A stretch of DNA of 64,000 nucleotides from an uncultured Gammaproteobacteria bacterium (GTDB lineage: Bacteria; Patescibacteriota; Patescibacteriia; UBA9934; GWF2-40-263), in assembly GCA_964399675.1 (NCBI GenBank), contig CAYNRK010000003.1:9033-73032 (forward strand), written 5' to 3'. This document shows positions 1 to 10,656 of the stretch, piece by piece; positions within the stretch are counted from its first letter, which is position 1; the number at the start of each line of letters is the position of its first letter. The notes below the pieces were generated by a model. It worked only from the letters and a program-made list of their open reading frames with translations. It had not been told where the DNA came from and did no database searches. The translations under genes and the position numbers were made by a program.

Positions 1-231
1 TCCAAGCGTGTGCCAAAGGAAGTAGAAGGGAAAAAAGGCGCCAAAGACGAGAACATGATGGCTGCAATGAACAAGTCAATGAAATATTTTATGCCCGTAA
101 TCACAGTAGTGATTGGTGCATCTCTGCCTGCAGGGCTTACACTTTACTGGGTAACAGTTAATATTTTTTCTATTATTCAGCAATATCTCGTTTTCAATAA
201 AAAGAAAAAGCAGGAGAAAAAAGCGGAATAA
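1..231 (+). CDS. yidC: membrane protein insertase YidC, C-terminal fragment (gene begins upstream of window)
   Basis: Frame is open from base 1. Conserved YidC C-terminal motif ...LPAGLTLYWVTVNIFSIIQQ... followed by a Lys-rich tail; stop at 231. Confidence 0.7.
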   Translation, partial: SKRVPKEVEGKKGAKDENMMAAMNKSMKYFMPVITVVIGASLPAGLTLYWVTVNIFSIIQQYLVFNKKKKQEKKAE

Positions 232-277
232 CTATCCACAAGTCAACCAACCAATAGGCTGCTAAGATAGCTTCTGT

Positions 278-1213
278 ATGGAAGCTGAGCCAACAAATTT
301 GGAAGAATCAATCATGAAAACCCTTTGTTGGTTTTCTGTTTTTGATTACCCATTAAGTTTGTTTGAGGTTCACAAATGGTTGCTTGAACCAAATCAATCA
401 TATTCTCTTGAAGAGGTTATTGATTCGCTTGAATCAAGTAAGTGGTTGTCTGACAAGATAAAATCAAAGGATGGTTTTTATTCCCTTGCAAGCAAAAACA
501 TTTTTGATTCTGTAAAAAAACGACAGGCTCGATTTATTGATGCTGCGCGTAAGTATAAAAAACTCAAACGAGCTGCTCGTTTTTTTGCTGCGCTCCCTGG
601 GGTTCGGGCAGTGGCTGCTGCGAATACACTTAGTTGGTGGCACACAACCGAATCAAGCGACATTGATCTTTTTGTTGTAACACGTCCAGGCCATATTTGG
701 TCTTCTCGTTTTTATATGGTTTTACCTTTTCTTTTGGTGGGCAAGCGTCCAACTCACGATCATAACAACGAGCACGAGGACATTGATCCATTTTGTTTTA
801 CTTTTTTTTCAACACAAAATGCTTTGCAACTGGAGGAGATTGCCATAAGAGGGAAGGATTATTATTTGGCGTTTTGGACAAAAGCTCTTGTTCCGATTTT
901 TGATAAAGACAATTCTCTTGAAAAGGTTGGCAAAGTTAATTATTGGGCAACTCGTCTTTTGCCGCATGCAAAACAAAGTTGCGTTCATCATTCAATGAAG
1001 AATCACAAACGGTCATATCTACCTTTGCAAACAGGAGTTTTTGAGTCTTTGTTTCGTTTTGTTCAACAAAAAAGGCTTCCCAACCAATTACGCGACTGCG
1101 CAAACACAGATTCAGATGTTATTATTAACGACGATATGCTGAAGTTTCATGATAATGATAGGCGCGAAGAATATAGGGAAGAATATGAAAAAGTATTAGC
1201 AGCACAAATGTGA
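278..1213 (+). CDS. hypothetical protein; possible nucleotidyltransferase-fold motif (..ESSDIDLFVVT..)
   Basis: 311-aa ORF with host-like AT-rich codon usage. The hG..x(n)..SDIDLFVV pattern is reminiscent of Pol-beta-type NTases. No firm family assignment possible by eye. Confidence 0.4.
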   Translation: MEAEPTNLEESIMKTLCWFSVFDYPLSLFEVHKWLLEPNQSYSLEEVIDSLESSKWLSDKIKSKDGFYSLASKNIFDSVKKRQARFIDAARKYKKLKRAARFFAALPGVRAVAAANTLSWWHTTESSDIDLFVVTRPGHIWSSRFYMVLPFLLVGKRPTHDHNNEHEDIDPFCFTFFSTQNALQLEEIAIRGKDYYLAFWTKALVPIFDKDNSLEKVGKVNYWATRLLPHAKQSCVHHSMKNHKRSYLPLQTGVFESLFRFVQQKRLPNQLRDCANTDSDVIINDDMLKFHDNDRREEYREEYEKVLAAQM

Positions 1214-2487
1214 GAGATCGACTGTCAAATTATTTTTTATTTTTGTTTGTATTTCTTTTGCCGTGGCAAACGCGATGGATTTTTTCTGAACTCACAATTA
1301 ACGGGGATGTTACAGAGTATGGAAAGCTGGCTGTTTACGCCACAGAGATCTTGTTGCTTTTTGTAATGTTTTTGCGAGGCAGGCCGCAGATACTTCAAGG
1401 TGCTTACAATCCGGTTCGATATGGATATTTTATTCTTGCTGCAGGATTTTTCTCTGTCTCTTTAGCAGCAGGATTTGGTGTTGGTTTGATTCAGCTGTTG
1501 CACATCATTCTTGCGCTTTCGTTTTTTACAATCTTGTGTGATCAACGCACAAACGTTAAGCAAGTCATTATTGTTTTTTTAATTGGTTTGATTGTGCCGG
1601 TTGTTTTTGGTATTGCACAATTTTTTTCCGGAACAAATCCCGCCAGTTCCTATCTTGGAATGTCTTATCAAAATGCGCAGATTCCAGGTACAGCAGTTAT
1701 TGAAACCGAGGCCGGCAGATCGTTGCGAGCATACGGCAGCTTTTCACATCCAAATATTTTTGGTGGATATTTAATGGTTGGCATTCTTCTTATTGCCTGG
1801 ATTGTAAGATTTCAAACAACGCGCAATGCACATCTTCTTTCTGTTCCACTTATTTTGTTTGCGGTTTCTCTTATCTTTACTTTTTCAAGATCAGCCTGGC
1901 TTGGATTGATTTTATCTTTGCTTGTGCTTAGTGGACTTATGTTATGGCAAAGAAAAGTTCCTCCGCGCAGAGTTTTTCCAATTATGATTTTGGGACTTAT
2001 GAGCGTTCTTGTAACAATTAGTATTTTTAATTCCGAAGTTTATGCGCGGTTCAGGCCAGAGCTGCGCGTTGAAGCAATTTCAATTGAGGAGCGCGCATCT
2101 CAGTACACACACATTGATGACATTATTTTATCCAGACCTGTTTTTGGTGTTGGTCCTGGTGGTTATGTTTTTGCTCTTTCACAGTTAACTCCAAATCAGT
2201 CGGCCTGGTCTTATCAGCCGATTCACAACACATATCTTCTCATTCTTGCCGAGATTGGCGTGCTTGGTTTTTTTGGATTGTTTTGGTTTCTTATGTCCAT
2301 TGATAAAATCAGCAGCTCTGTTTCAAAAACAGCCGGTGGAATGTTTGCTTTTACATTAAGCCTTGCATTGTTTGTTGTTGGACTTTTTGATCATTATTTA
2401 TGGTCATCATGGGCAGGGCTTGCACTTTGCGCCTTATGTTTGGCACTTATTTTACGTTGGTCTTTAACTGAAAAGAAGGGCGAATAA
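1210..2487 (+). CDS. O-antigen ligase family (Wzy_C-like) polytopic membrane protein
   Basis: 425 aa, about 10 predicted TM helices. Characteristic ...FTFSRSAWLGLILSLLVL... motif of O-antigen ligase/Wzy_C proteins. 4-nt overlap with the upstream gene. Confidence 0.6.
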   Translation: MRDRLSNYFLFLFVFLLPWQTRWIFSELTINGDVTEYGKLAVYATEILLLFVMFLRGRPQILQGAYNPVRYGYFILAAGFFSVSLAAGFGVGLIQLLHIILALSFFTILCDQRTNVKQVIIVFLIGLIVPVVFGIAQFFSGTNPASSYLGMSYQNAQIPGTAVIETEAGRSLRAYGSFSHPNIFGGYLMVGILLIAWIVRFQTTRNAHLLSVPLILFAVSLIFTFSRSAWLGLILSLLVLSGLMLWQRKVPPRRVFPIMILGLMSVLVTISIFNSEVYARFRPELRVEAISIEERASQYTHIDDIILSRPVFGVGPGGYVFALSQLTPNQSAWSYQPIHNTYLLILAEIGVLGFFGLFWFLMSIDKISSSVSKTAGGMFAFTLSLALFVVGLFDHYLWSSWAGLALCALCLALILRWSLTEKKGE

Positions 2488-2565
2488 CTGATGTAAAACT
2501 TCCATATGGTAACTTTACATCAATTGTTTGGTTTGATATTTAGTTTGAGTAACTGGGAAATTCGG

Positions 2566-2594
2566 TTGACAAAACCGACTATTTAAGCTATAGT
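2566..2594 (+). promoter_or_regulatory. sigma70-like promoter TTGACA-17nt-TATAGT upstream of the high-GC ORF 2698..3579
   Basis: ttgacaaaaccgactatttaagctatagt is a perfect -35, 17-nt spacer and a near-consensus -10. It lies in AT-rich DNA immediately before the GC-rich island. Confidence 0.5.
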
Positions 2595-2697
2595 TCTCTT
2601 CTGTTCATTGCATAATCTAACTCTGACTTTTGTTGAAGGTGGCCTCACTTCGCTCACTAGGTGAGCTTTGAGGGGCCGCTTTTAACAAAGGCTACTC

Positions 2698-3579
2698 ATG
2701 ACAACCCGAGTTTCTCGGGCCGTGAACGCCGGCGGTTTCAAGGAGGGCTACTCCATTATGGAACGCCTTATCGAGATCAGACATACCGAACTCCACCCAA
2801 CCCTTCGCGCTCTCTCGAGTGCGGGTGTGACCGTCGATGACGCAACTTGGCTCCGTCGGGACGGCAATGCCGCACTGGTCGAAGCCTTCATTCGAAGGAC
2901 ACGCGATCAGTACCCCTTCAAGCAGAGTATCCGAGAACAGCTCGCTGCTCTGCATGAGCAGAACAATGCTGGTAACTGGGGTATCCCAATGGAGACGTTC
3001 TCTTACCTCGTCGCTAGAGCTCCGAAATGGCCCAAGGGTCGCGACGCGTATCGCTCGTTCCGCATCCGCTTTGGCGAGGGGGTCAAAGGTGTGGCCAAGA
3101 CCTTTGAAGCGCACGCTGCAGCCATGAAGCGTGTCTTCGGTAACAGGTTCTGGCGCTGGGATTCTCTTCTGTCCGGCAAGACCCCACACCAACGCAAGGG
3201 TGGCGAGGATGTGGAGCGTTTGCGTTTGCTCAACGGCAACGATACTCATCGTCCTACAGTCCAGTGGGTCATCATTCCGGATCTGTCGGTCCATCGCCAG
3301 CGTGAGGACATCACGTCCGTACGTAACCCTCTGTCCCTGGCGGACGAAGGGCTTGTGCTTGCGTGGCTCAACCCCAAGCGTGCCGAGGCTGTTGACTACG
3401 AGGAGTGGCCGGCCTGGTTCTGTGCTGGTTACGAGCTCAACGTTCCCGAGCACGACGAAGAGCCATGGCAGAGCGTGGTGGTCGTGGGTCGCAGCGGGGG
3501 CGATAGCGAGGCAAGTCTGAGCGCCTACTTGCGCAACGATTCCAACCCGAGCTGCTCGGTGCCTTGTCTCAAGAGGTAG
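2698..3579 (+). CDS. hypothetical protein encoded in a high-GC (~60%) island; probable horizontally acquired gene
   Basis: 293-aa ORF with balanced, protein-like composition. The fully overlapping antisense ORF 2692..3615 is Arg/Leu/Val-rich and typical of GC-rich antisense noise. A structured GC-rich 5' leader hairpin (gctcac-tag-gtgagc) lies at 2655-2669. Confidence 0.5.
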   Translation: MTTRVSRAVNAGGFKEGYSIMERLIEIRHTELHPTLRALSSAGVTVDDATWLRRDGNAALVEAFIRRTRDQYPFKQSIREQLAALHEQNNAGNWGIPMETFSYLVARAPKWPKGRDAYRSFRIRFGEGVKGVAKTFEAHAAAMKRVFGNRFWRWDSLLSGKTPHQRKGGEDVERLRLLNGNDTHRPTVQWVIIPDLSVHRQREDITSVRNPLSLADEGLVLAWLNPKRAEAVDYEEWPAWFCAGYELNVPEHDEEPWQSVVVVGRSGGDSEASLSAYLRNDSNPSCSVPCLKR

Positions 3580-3714
3580 TACCGAACTTGCCGCATCTGA
3601 GATTCGATCCAACAACGGGTCGCTCTCTTGGGTGCGGCTTTTCTATTGTTTTTGAGGCGATTCAAACTCCTTGACAAGAAGGCTTGTTTTAGGCAAGATA
3701 TTGGCGAATTCGAA

Positions 3715-3741
3715 TTAGCACTCTATTAGGGGGTTTGCTAA
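3715..3741 (+). promoter_or_regulatory. CIRCE-like HrcA operator (TTAGCACTC-N9-GTTTGCTAA) upstream of groES; possible -35 TTGACA at 3671-3676
   Basis: Left half-site is perfect TTAGCACTC with a 9-nt spacer; right half matches GAGTGCTAA at 7/9. Canonical position upstream of groESL. Confidence 0.6.
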
Positions 3742-3756
3742 TCATTTATTTTTAAG

Positions 3757-3897
3757 CCTGTGTCATTGCGAGTCCGGCAGAGTCGGGCAAGTCCCTGCAT
3801 CCTGTGTCATTGCGAGGCCTAAAAGGCCGAAGCAATCCTCGTATAACGAAGATTGCCGCGTCGCCCCGTCTGACGGGGCTCCTCGCAATGACACAGG
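3757..3897. repeat. nested palindromic repeat element (family GTCATTGCGAG / CTCGCAATGAC), two tandem 5' arms plus internal hairpins
   Basis: cctgtgtcattgcgag occurs at 3757 and 3801. Its exact reverse complement cctcgcaatgacacagg is at 3881-3897. Internal modules are gaagcaatcctcgtataacgaagattgc and gccccgtctgacggggc. Confidence 0.85.
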
Positions 3898-3930
3898 ACG
3901 CGAGATGCAAAGCAACGACAAAAACAAAAT

Positions 3931-5858
<1,928 letters not shown>

Positions 5859-5864
5859 TAGAAA

Positions 5865-5965
5865 TATATTGAAATAAGTGGAAACTAATTGAAATAAATG
5901 GAAATAGGTTGTATTCAATCTATTTCTATTTTATTTCTGCCTATTTCTACTTATTTCCATTTTTG
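5865..5965 (+). terminator. compound stem-loop / probable groESL terminator
   Basis: Inner hairpin gaaatag-N12-ctatttc is nested within a longer inverted repeat (tgaaataagtggaaa ... tttctacttatttcca), followed by TTTTTG. Confidence 0.45.
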
Positions 5966-5991
5966 TTAGAATGTTTATATAAACAAAAATT

Positions 5992-6312
5992 ATGACTTCA
6001 CAAAAAGCTCCAACAAAAGACGAGAAACTTTTAAGTGCAATTGGATATTTGGGCGTGCTTTGCATTGTGCCACTTATTCTAAAACGCAAAAGTGCATACG
6101 CACAGCATCATGGCAAGCAAGGTCTTGTGATTCTTATCGCATGGCTGATCCTTTGGGTAGGTAACATTATTCCGATTCTTGGCCAAATCGTTTGGGTTCT
6201 CGGATCCTTTGCGCTTCTCATCCTTGTTATTTTGGGCGTGATTAATGCTTTTAATGGCAGGATGTGGAAAATGCCGTATCTAGGATCGTTTGCCAAAAAA
6301 TTCAAGTTTTAA
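5992..6312 (+). CDS. small membrane protein (DUF4870-like; 3 TM)
   Basis: 106 aa. N-terminal ...LSAIGYLGVLCIVPLIL..KSAYAQHHGKQGLVI... resembles the DUF4870 family. Confidence 0.5.
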   Translation: MTSQKAPTKDEKLLSAIGYLGVLCIVPLILKRKSAYAQHHGKQGLVILIAWLILWVGNIIPILGQIVWVLGSFALLILVILGVINAFNGRMWKMPYLGSFAKKFKF

Positions 6313-6319
6313 TACTCTT

Positions 6320-6411
6320 GCGTCATTGCGAGGGAGCGAAGCGACCGAAGCAACCCCCGTGTACGGAGATTGCTTCGTCGGCCCGTCGGACGGACCTCCT
6401 CGCAACGACGC
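6320..6411. repeat. nested palindromic repeat element (same family) in the prfB 5' leader
   Basis: gcgtcattgcgaggg at 6320 and cctcctcgcaacgacgc at 6396-6411 form the inverted ends. Internal module is gaagcaacccccgtgtacggagattgcttc. It ends 10 nt before the prfB ATG. Confidence 0.85.
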
Positions 6412-6421
6412 ATTGAAAGAT

Positions 6422-7553
6422 ATGAAAGAACTTCTTAATCAGATTCAAGGCCTCCGAGCGCGCGCAGAGCGTACTTGGAGGTATCTTTGACCTTGATACA
6501 GTTGAAACAGAAATAAAGGTTTTTGAAAAAGAAATGGAAGCTACTGATTTTTGGAAAGATCAGGAGCATGCAAAACGAATTAGCAAACAAGCTGCAGCGC
6601 TTAGGTCTGAGCTTGATATGTGGAAAACATTTTTAGATGATGTTCGTGATCTTGAAAGTTTCACACGTTTAGCGCACGATCAGGATGATGTAATGCTTGA
6701 AGATGATATAAGAGATCAATTTAAGATTCTTGAGAAAAAGTTTTCACGACTGGAGTTTCAAACTCTTTTTTCCAGTGAATATGACGATAATCCTGCGATT
6801 GTTTCAATTCATGCGGGATCAGGCGGAACAGAGGCGCAGGATTGGACGCAAATACTTCTTCGGATGATCAGTCGATTTTGTGAGTCAAAGGATTGGGATG
6901 TGGTAATTTTGGACGAATCGCGTGCTGAAGATGTTGGTCTTAAAAAAGTTACAATTCGTGTTGAAGGACGGTATGCTTATGGATATTTGAAATCCGAAGC
7001 AGGTGTGCATAGATTGGTGCGAATTTCGCCATTTGATGCAGAGAAAATGCGTCACACAACATTTGCGCTTATGGAAGTGATTCCAGAACTTGAGGAAGTG
7101 GAGCTTGAACTTGATGAAAAAGATTTACGGATTGATACGTTTATGGCAAGTGGTCATGGTGGGCAAAGTGTGAACACAACTTATTCTGCAGTGCGGATTG
7201 TGCACGAGCCAACTAAGACTACGGCGACTTGTCAAAATGAACGGTCTCAACAACAAAACAAGGAAACAGCGCTTAAGGTTTTGAAATCAAAACTGTTTCA
7301 ATTACAAAAAAAAGAACAAGAGGAAGAGAAAAAGAAACTGCGAGGAGATTATGCAGCTGCTGAGTGGGGAAATCAGATTCGTTCGTATGTACTTCATCCA
7401 TACAAAATGGTAAAAGATCATAGGACAAATTATGAAACCCAGGATACAGAGGCAGTGCTTGACGGGGAGCTTGAGCCGTTTATGGAAGCTTATTTAAGAA
7501 CGCAATTAGAAAACTCAGATCGATTTGAAAAAGCTAACAAAGACGACGATTAA
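6422..7553 (+). CDS. prfB: peptide chain release factor 2 with programmed +1 ribosomal frameshift (ORF1 6422..6490 stops at TGA; shift at CTT-TGA-C, continuing at 6489)
   Basis: ORF1 MKELLNQIQGLRARAERTWRYL* ends in AGGAGGTATCTTTGAC, matching the E. coli RF2 frameshift cassette (SD-like + CUU UGA C). The +1 frame continues DLDTVETEIKVF...ASGHGGQSVNTTYSAVRIVHEPT with the GGQ motif. Confidence 0.9.
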
Positions 7554-7554
7554 T

Positions 7555-8484
7555 ATGCCAAAGTACAAAACAGCATTAGTAACAGGAGGGGCGGGATTTA
7601 TTGGATCGCACATTGTTGATGCGTTGATTCGTCGTCGAATCAAGGTTTATGTTGTTGACGATCTTTCAACCGGAAATAAGAGCAACTTAAACCCAAACGC
7701 GCACTTTACAAAGTTGTCGGTTGTAAATCCGCAGTTTGCAAAATATCTCAAACGTCTTAAGCCGGATATTATTTTTCACCTTGCAGCTCAAATTAATTTG
7801 AGAGATTCTCTTATTGATCCACCAACAGACGCGCGAGTGAATATAATGGGCACACTTACGCTTGCACATTTGGCTGGTGAGATTGGTGTGAAAAAGATTG
7901 TTTATTCATCAACGGGTGGGCCAATGTACCCTGAAAGCGCACGTCTTCCTTATTCTGAGAAAACTCCACCACAACCGATTTCTCCATATGGTATTTCAAA
8001 AAGGGCTGGGGAAATGTATTTGCATTATGCTTATCAGGTGCATGGAATTCCTTATGTTGCATTACGATATGCAAACGTTTATGGGCCGCGGCAAAATTCA
8101 AAAGGAGAGGCAGGGGTTGTTGCAATATTTTCAGAAAGCATGCTGAAAGGAAAGCCTGTAACTATTTTTGGAACAGGAAAGCAAACGCGCGATTTTGTTT
8201 TTATTGATGATGTTGTGCGTGCGAATCTTTTTGCAATGAATCGTGCAGTTGTTGGTGAGTTTAATATAAGTACTGGTCGACAAACAGATGTTAATACCAT
8301 TTTGAAAAAAATTAAAAACATTACTGATTACGAATTACCGGAAAGACGAAAGCCAGCAGTTGCCGGTGAAGTAATGCAATCAGCGCTGAGTTATAAAAAG
8401 GCTAAAAAGTTTTTAGGTTGGGAGCCAAAAGTGAAACTAAATGAAGGATTGACGAAAACAGTAAAATGGTTTAAGAATCGTTAA
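7555..8484 (+). CDS. NAD-dependent epimerase/dehydratase (UDP-sugar 4-epimerase family)
   Basis: Rossmann motif TGGAGFIGSHIV; catalytic YxxxK region (SPYGISKRAGE). The ATG at 7555 follows the prfB stop; the longer alternative start at 7525 overlaps prfB. Confidence 0.8.
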   Translation: MPKYKTALVTGGAGFIGSHIVDALIRRRIKVYVVDDLSTGNKSNLNPNAHFTKLSVVNPQFAKYLKRLKPDIIFHLAAQINLRDSLIDPPTDARVNIMGTLTLAHLAGEIGVKKIVYSSTGGPMYPESARLPYSEKTPPQPISPYGISKRAGEMYLHYAYQVHGIPYVALRYANVYGPRQNSKGEAGVVAIFSESMLKGKPVTIFGTGKQTRDFVFIDDVVRANLFAMNRAVVGEFNISTGRQTDVNTILKKIKNITDYELPERRKPAVAGEVMQSALSYKKAKKFLGWEPKVKLNEGLTKTVKWFKNR

Positions 8485-8486
8485 GC

Positions 8487-9095
8487 ATGTCAGTAAAAGA
8501 ATCAGATCTTCAAAAAGCTATTACAACCCTCCAGAACGGAGGTGTTGTTGTTTTTCCAACAGAGACTGCTTATGGATTAGCAGCTGATGCAACAAATAAG
8601 CATGCAGTTAATAAGATTTTTTCAATTAAACAAAGGCAACTTGAAAATAAACTTCCGCTTATTGCTGCAAGTAAACAAATGGTTGAAGAGTTTACAGAGG
8701 TTCCAGATTTGCTTAAAGAGCTTACTGATCAGTTTTGGCCTGGCCCACTTACAATTGCAATTAAGCCAAAACCCGGCATTTTTTCAGAAAACTTTATCAA
8801 TTCCGAAGGGCTGATTGCTATTCGGGTATCATCAAACAAAATCGCTCAAAAATTGTCTGATGGACTAGAAAAGCCTATTATCTCAACTTCTGCCAATATT
8901 TCCGGGCAACCTGCTTGTTACTCTGTTGATTCTGTGAAAGATCAGCTTAGTGCTCAAGCATTACAGCCAGACATGTATTTAGACGAGGGGGTGCTTGAAA
9001 AAAATAAACCTTCAACTATTGTAAAAGAGGAGAATGGAAAAATTGTCGTGGTTCGTCAGGGAGAGTTAGTTGTCCCAAACACATATGTTGCCTAA
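8487..9095 (+). CDS. tsaC: L-threonylcarbamoyladenylate synthase (YrdC/Sua5/TsaC family)
   Basis: 202 aa; YrdC-domain signature ...VVFPTETAYGLAADATN...AV.KIF.IK.R... Confidence 0.75.
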   Translation: MSVKESDLQKAITTLQNGGVVVFPTETAYGLAADATNKHAVNKIFSIKQRQLENKLPLIAASKQMVEEFTEVPDLLKELTDQFWPGPLTIAIKPKPGIFSENFINSEGLIAIRVSSNKIAQKLSDGLEKPIISTSANISGQPACYSVDSVKDQLSAQALQPDMYLDEGVLEKNKPSTIVKEENGKIVVVRQGELVVPNTYVA

Positions 9096-9858
9096 AGCAA
9101 AAAAAGAATTTGGACAGAATTTTTTACAGGACCAGTCTGCAATTCAAAAAGTTATTGATGCTGCAGAGATTCAAAAAGGGGAAACAGTTCTTGAGATTGG
9201 TCCGGGAACAGGGGTGATTACAGAAGCGCTTGTAAAAGCCGGTGCTAAAGTTACAGCTGTTGAAATAGATGAGAAACTAGTTGAATTGTTAAAAGAAAAA
9301 TTCGACAATCAAATCGAATTAATTAATGACGATATACTTGCTACTAACTACTTGCTACCTGCTACTTTTAAATTAGTATCTTCTTTACCCTACAACATCA
9401 CCTCAGACGTTTTAAAAAAATTTCTCACACAAGAACCCAAACCAAGCAAAATAATCTTTGTCCTTCAAAAAGAAGTTGTTGATCGCATTGTTGCCAAACC
9501 TTCGAAAATGAGTTTGCTTTCCGTGATGTGTCAGCTTTATGCCAGGTGTGGAAAAGTGGCGAACATAAAAGCTGGAGCATTTTATCCTGTTCCAAAAGTA
9601 GATTCCGCGATCATTAAACTTGATCCTTGTCCTAAAGAACAATTCAAAGATTATAATCCAGAGCAAGTTATAAAACTTGCAAAAGTTGGATTTTCTTCAA
9701 AACGCAAACAATTAAAGAATAATTTAGCTTCTTTTGTAAATTTAAACGTTGCACAAATTGGGGAAAAGCTTCAAGAAATCGGGTTAGATCCAAGGGTGCG
9801 GGCAGAGAACTTAACAGTGGAAAATTGGGTGCAACTTTCTCAGATTTTTCTGCTATAA
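9070..9858 (+). CDS. rsmA: 16S rRNA (adenine1518/1519-N6)-dimethyltransferase RsmA/KsgA
   Basis: ...FGQNFLQDQ...VLEIGPGTGVITEAL... is the SAM-binding motif typical of KsgA. Confidence 0.85.
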   Translation: MSQTHMLPKAKKEFGQNFLQDQSAIQKVIDAAEIQKGETVLEIGPGTGVITEALVKAGAKVTAVEIDEKLVELLKEKFDNQIELINDDILATNYLLPATFKLVSSLPYNITSDVLKKFLTQEPKPSKIIFVLQKEVVDRIVAKPSKMSLLSVMCQLYARCGKVANIKAGAFYPVPKVDSAIIKLDPCPKEQFKDYNPEQVIKLAKVGFSSKRKQLKNNLASFVNLNVAQIGEKLQEIGLDPRVRAENLTVENWVQLSQIFLL

Positions 9859-9874
9859 TGGGAAGGAAATCATT

Positions 9875-10591
9875 ATGGCCATAAAGAGATTGGGAAATAA
9901 ACCGACTCAGTCTTTGAGTACTGAGCAAAAGATTGCTTTTGCTCTATTGATGTTTCTTGGAATTGGTGGAATTTTATTTGGTTTTCAATCATTTGGTGCA
10001 AATCTGTCCCGTCCTATTCAACTTCAGATCGCTGAGTATTACACAGGCAAGGAGTATTTGAGTACTGATGAGCGTGAGACAAAAGAAAGGGAAGAAGCAA
10101 AAAATAAAGATACAGACAAAGACGGCATTTCAGATTACGACGAGTTATATATTTATAAAACCAGCCCATATCTTACTGACTCAGATTCTGATGGCTTTGA
10201 TGACAAAGCAGAAGTTTTCTCAGGCAATGATCCAAATTGTCCAACAGGTCGTGATTGCGGTCCTGGTGGTCAAGAGGAGGTTGGTAAGAAAGACAATCTT
10301 AAAGGTCTTGTTGAGGGAATAGGTAGTGGAGGAAACAAGATTTTGGAATCAGGACAAATGGAGCTTGAGAATGCACAAGACATTGAGTCTCTTTTTCGTG
10401 ATGCAACCATAGCTGAAATTCGCGAGGCTTTGATGGCAACCGGAATTTCAGAAGAGCAACTTTCAGAAATTGAAGATGATCAATTACAAGAAATGTTTTT
10501 TGGAGCAATTGACGATGCATCAGATGCCGGTGCCTTTGATACTCTTGCAGGAGATGATGTTAATTTACAGGAACTAGGTGCTGGGAACTAG
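9875..10591 (+). CDS. membrane-anchored protein with thrombospondin type-3-like Ca-binding Asp-rich repeats
   Basis: N-terminal TM helix; repeats DTDKDGISDYDE and DSDSDGFDDKAE (DxDxDGxxD); acidic C-terminus. Confidence 0.5.
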   Translation: MAIKRLGNKPTQSLSTEQKIAFALLMFLGIGGILFGFQSFGANLSRPIQLQIAEYYTGKEYLSTDERETKEREEAKNKDTDKDGISDYDELYIYKTSPYLTDSDSDGFDDKAEVFSGNDPNCPTGRDCGPGGQEEVGKKDNLKGLVEGIGSGGNKILESGQMELENAQDIESLFRDATIAEIREALMATGISEEQLSEIEDDQLQEMFFGAIDDASDAGAFDTLAGDDVNLQELGAGN

Positions 10592-10621
10592 GTGCTGGGA
10601 TTGCTTATTCCAGTTCCCAGC
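10572..10621 (+). repeat. tandem 15-nt direct repeat (gggaactaggtgct x2) plus hairpin gctggga-N14-tcccagc; weak terminator candidate
   Basis: Seen directly downstream of ORF 9875..10591. No clear U-tract follows. Confidence 0.35.
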
Positions 10622-10656
10622 TCCCAGGCCCCAGTACCTAGGCCTCAATTAGAATT

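Noticed and set aside
2692-3615. 307-aa minus-strand ORF fully overlapping the plus-strand ORF 2698..3579
   Set aside because: Arg/Leu/Val/Gly-dominated, low-complexity composition typical of antisense frames in GC-rich DNA. The plus-strand frame has balanced, charged composition and an upstream promoter and RBS. The smaller overlapping ORFs in the 2837-3520 range are also antisense or alternate-frame artefacts.
6290-6490. 66-aa ORF upstream of prfB
   Set aside because: It is a read-through of the palindromic repeat (6320-6411) into the genuine 22-codon prfB ORF1. It is not an independent gene.
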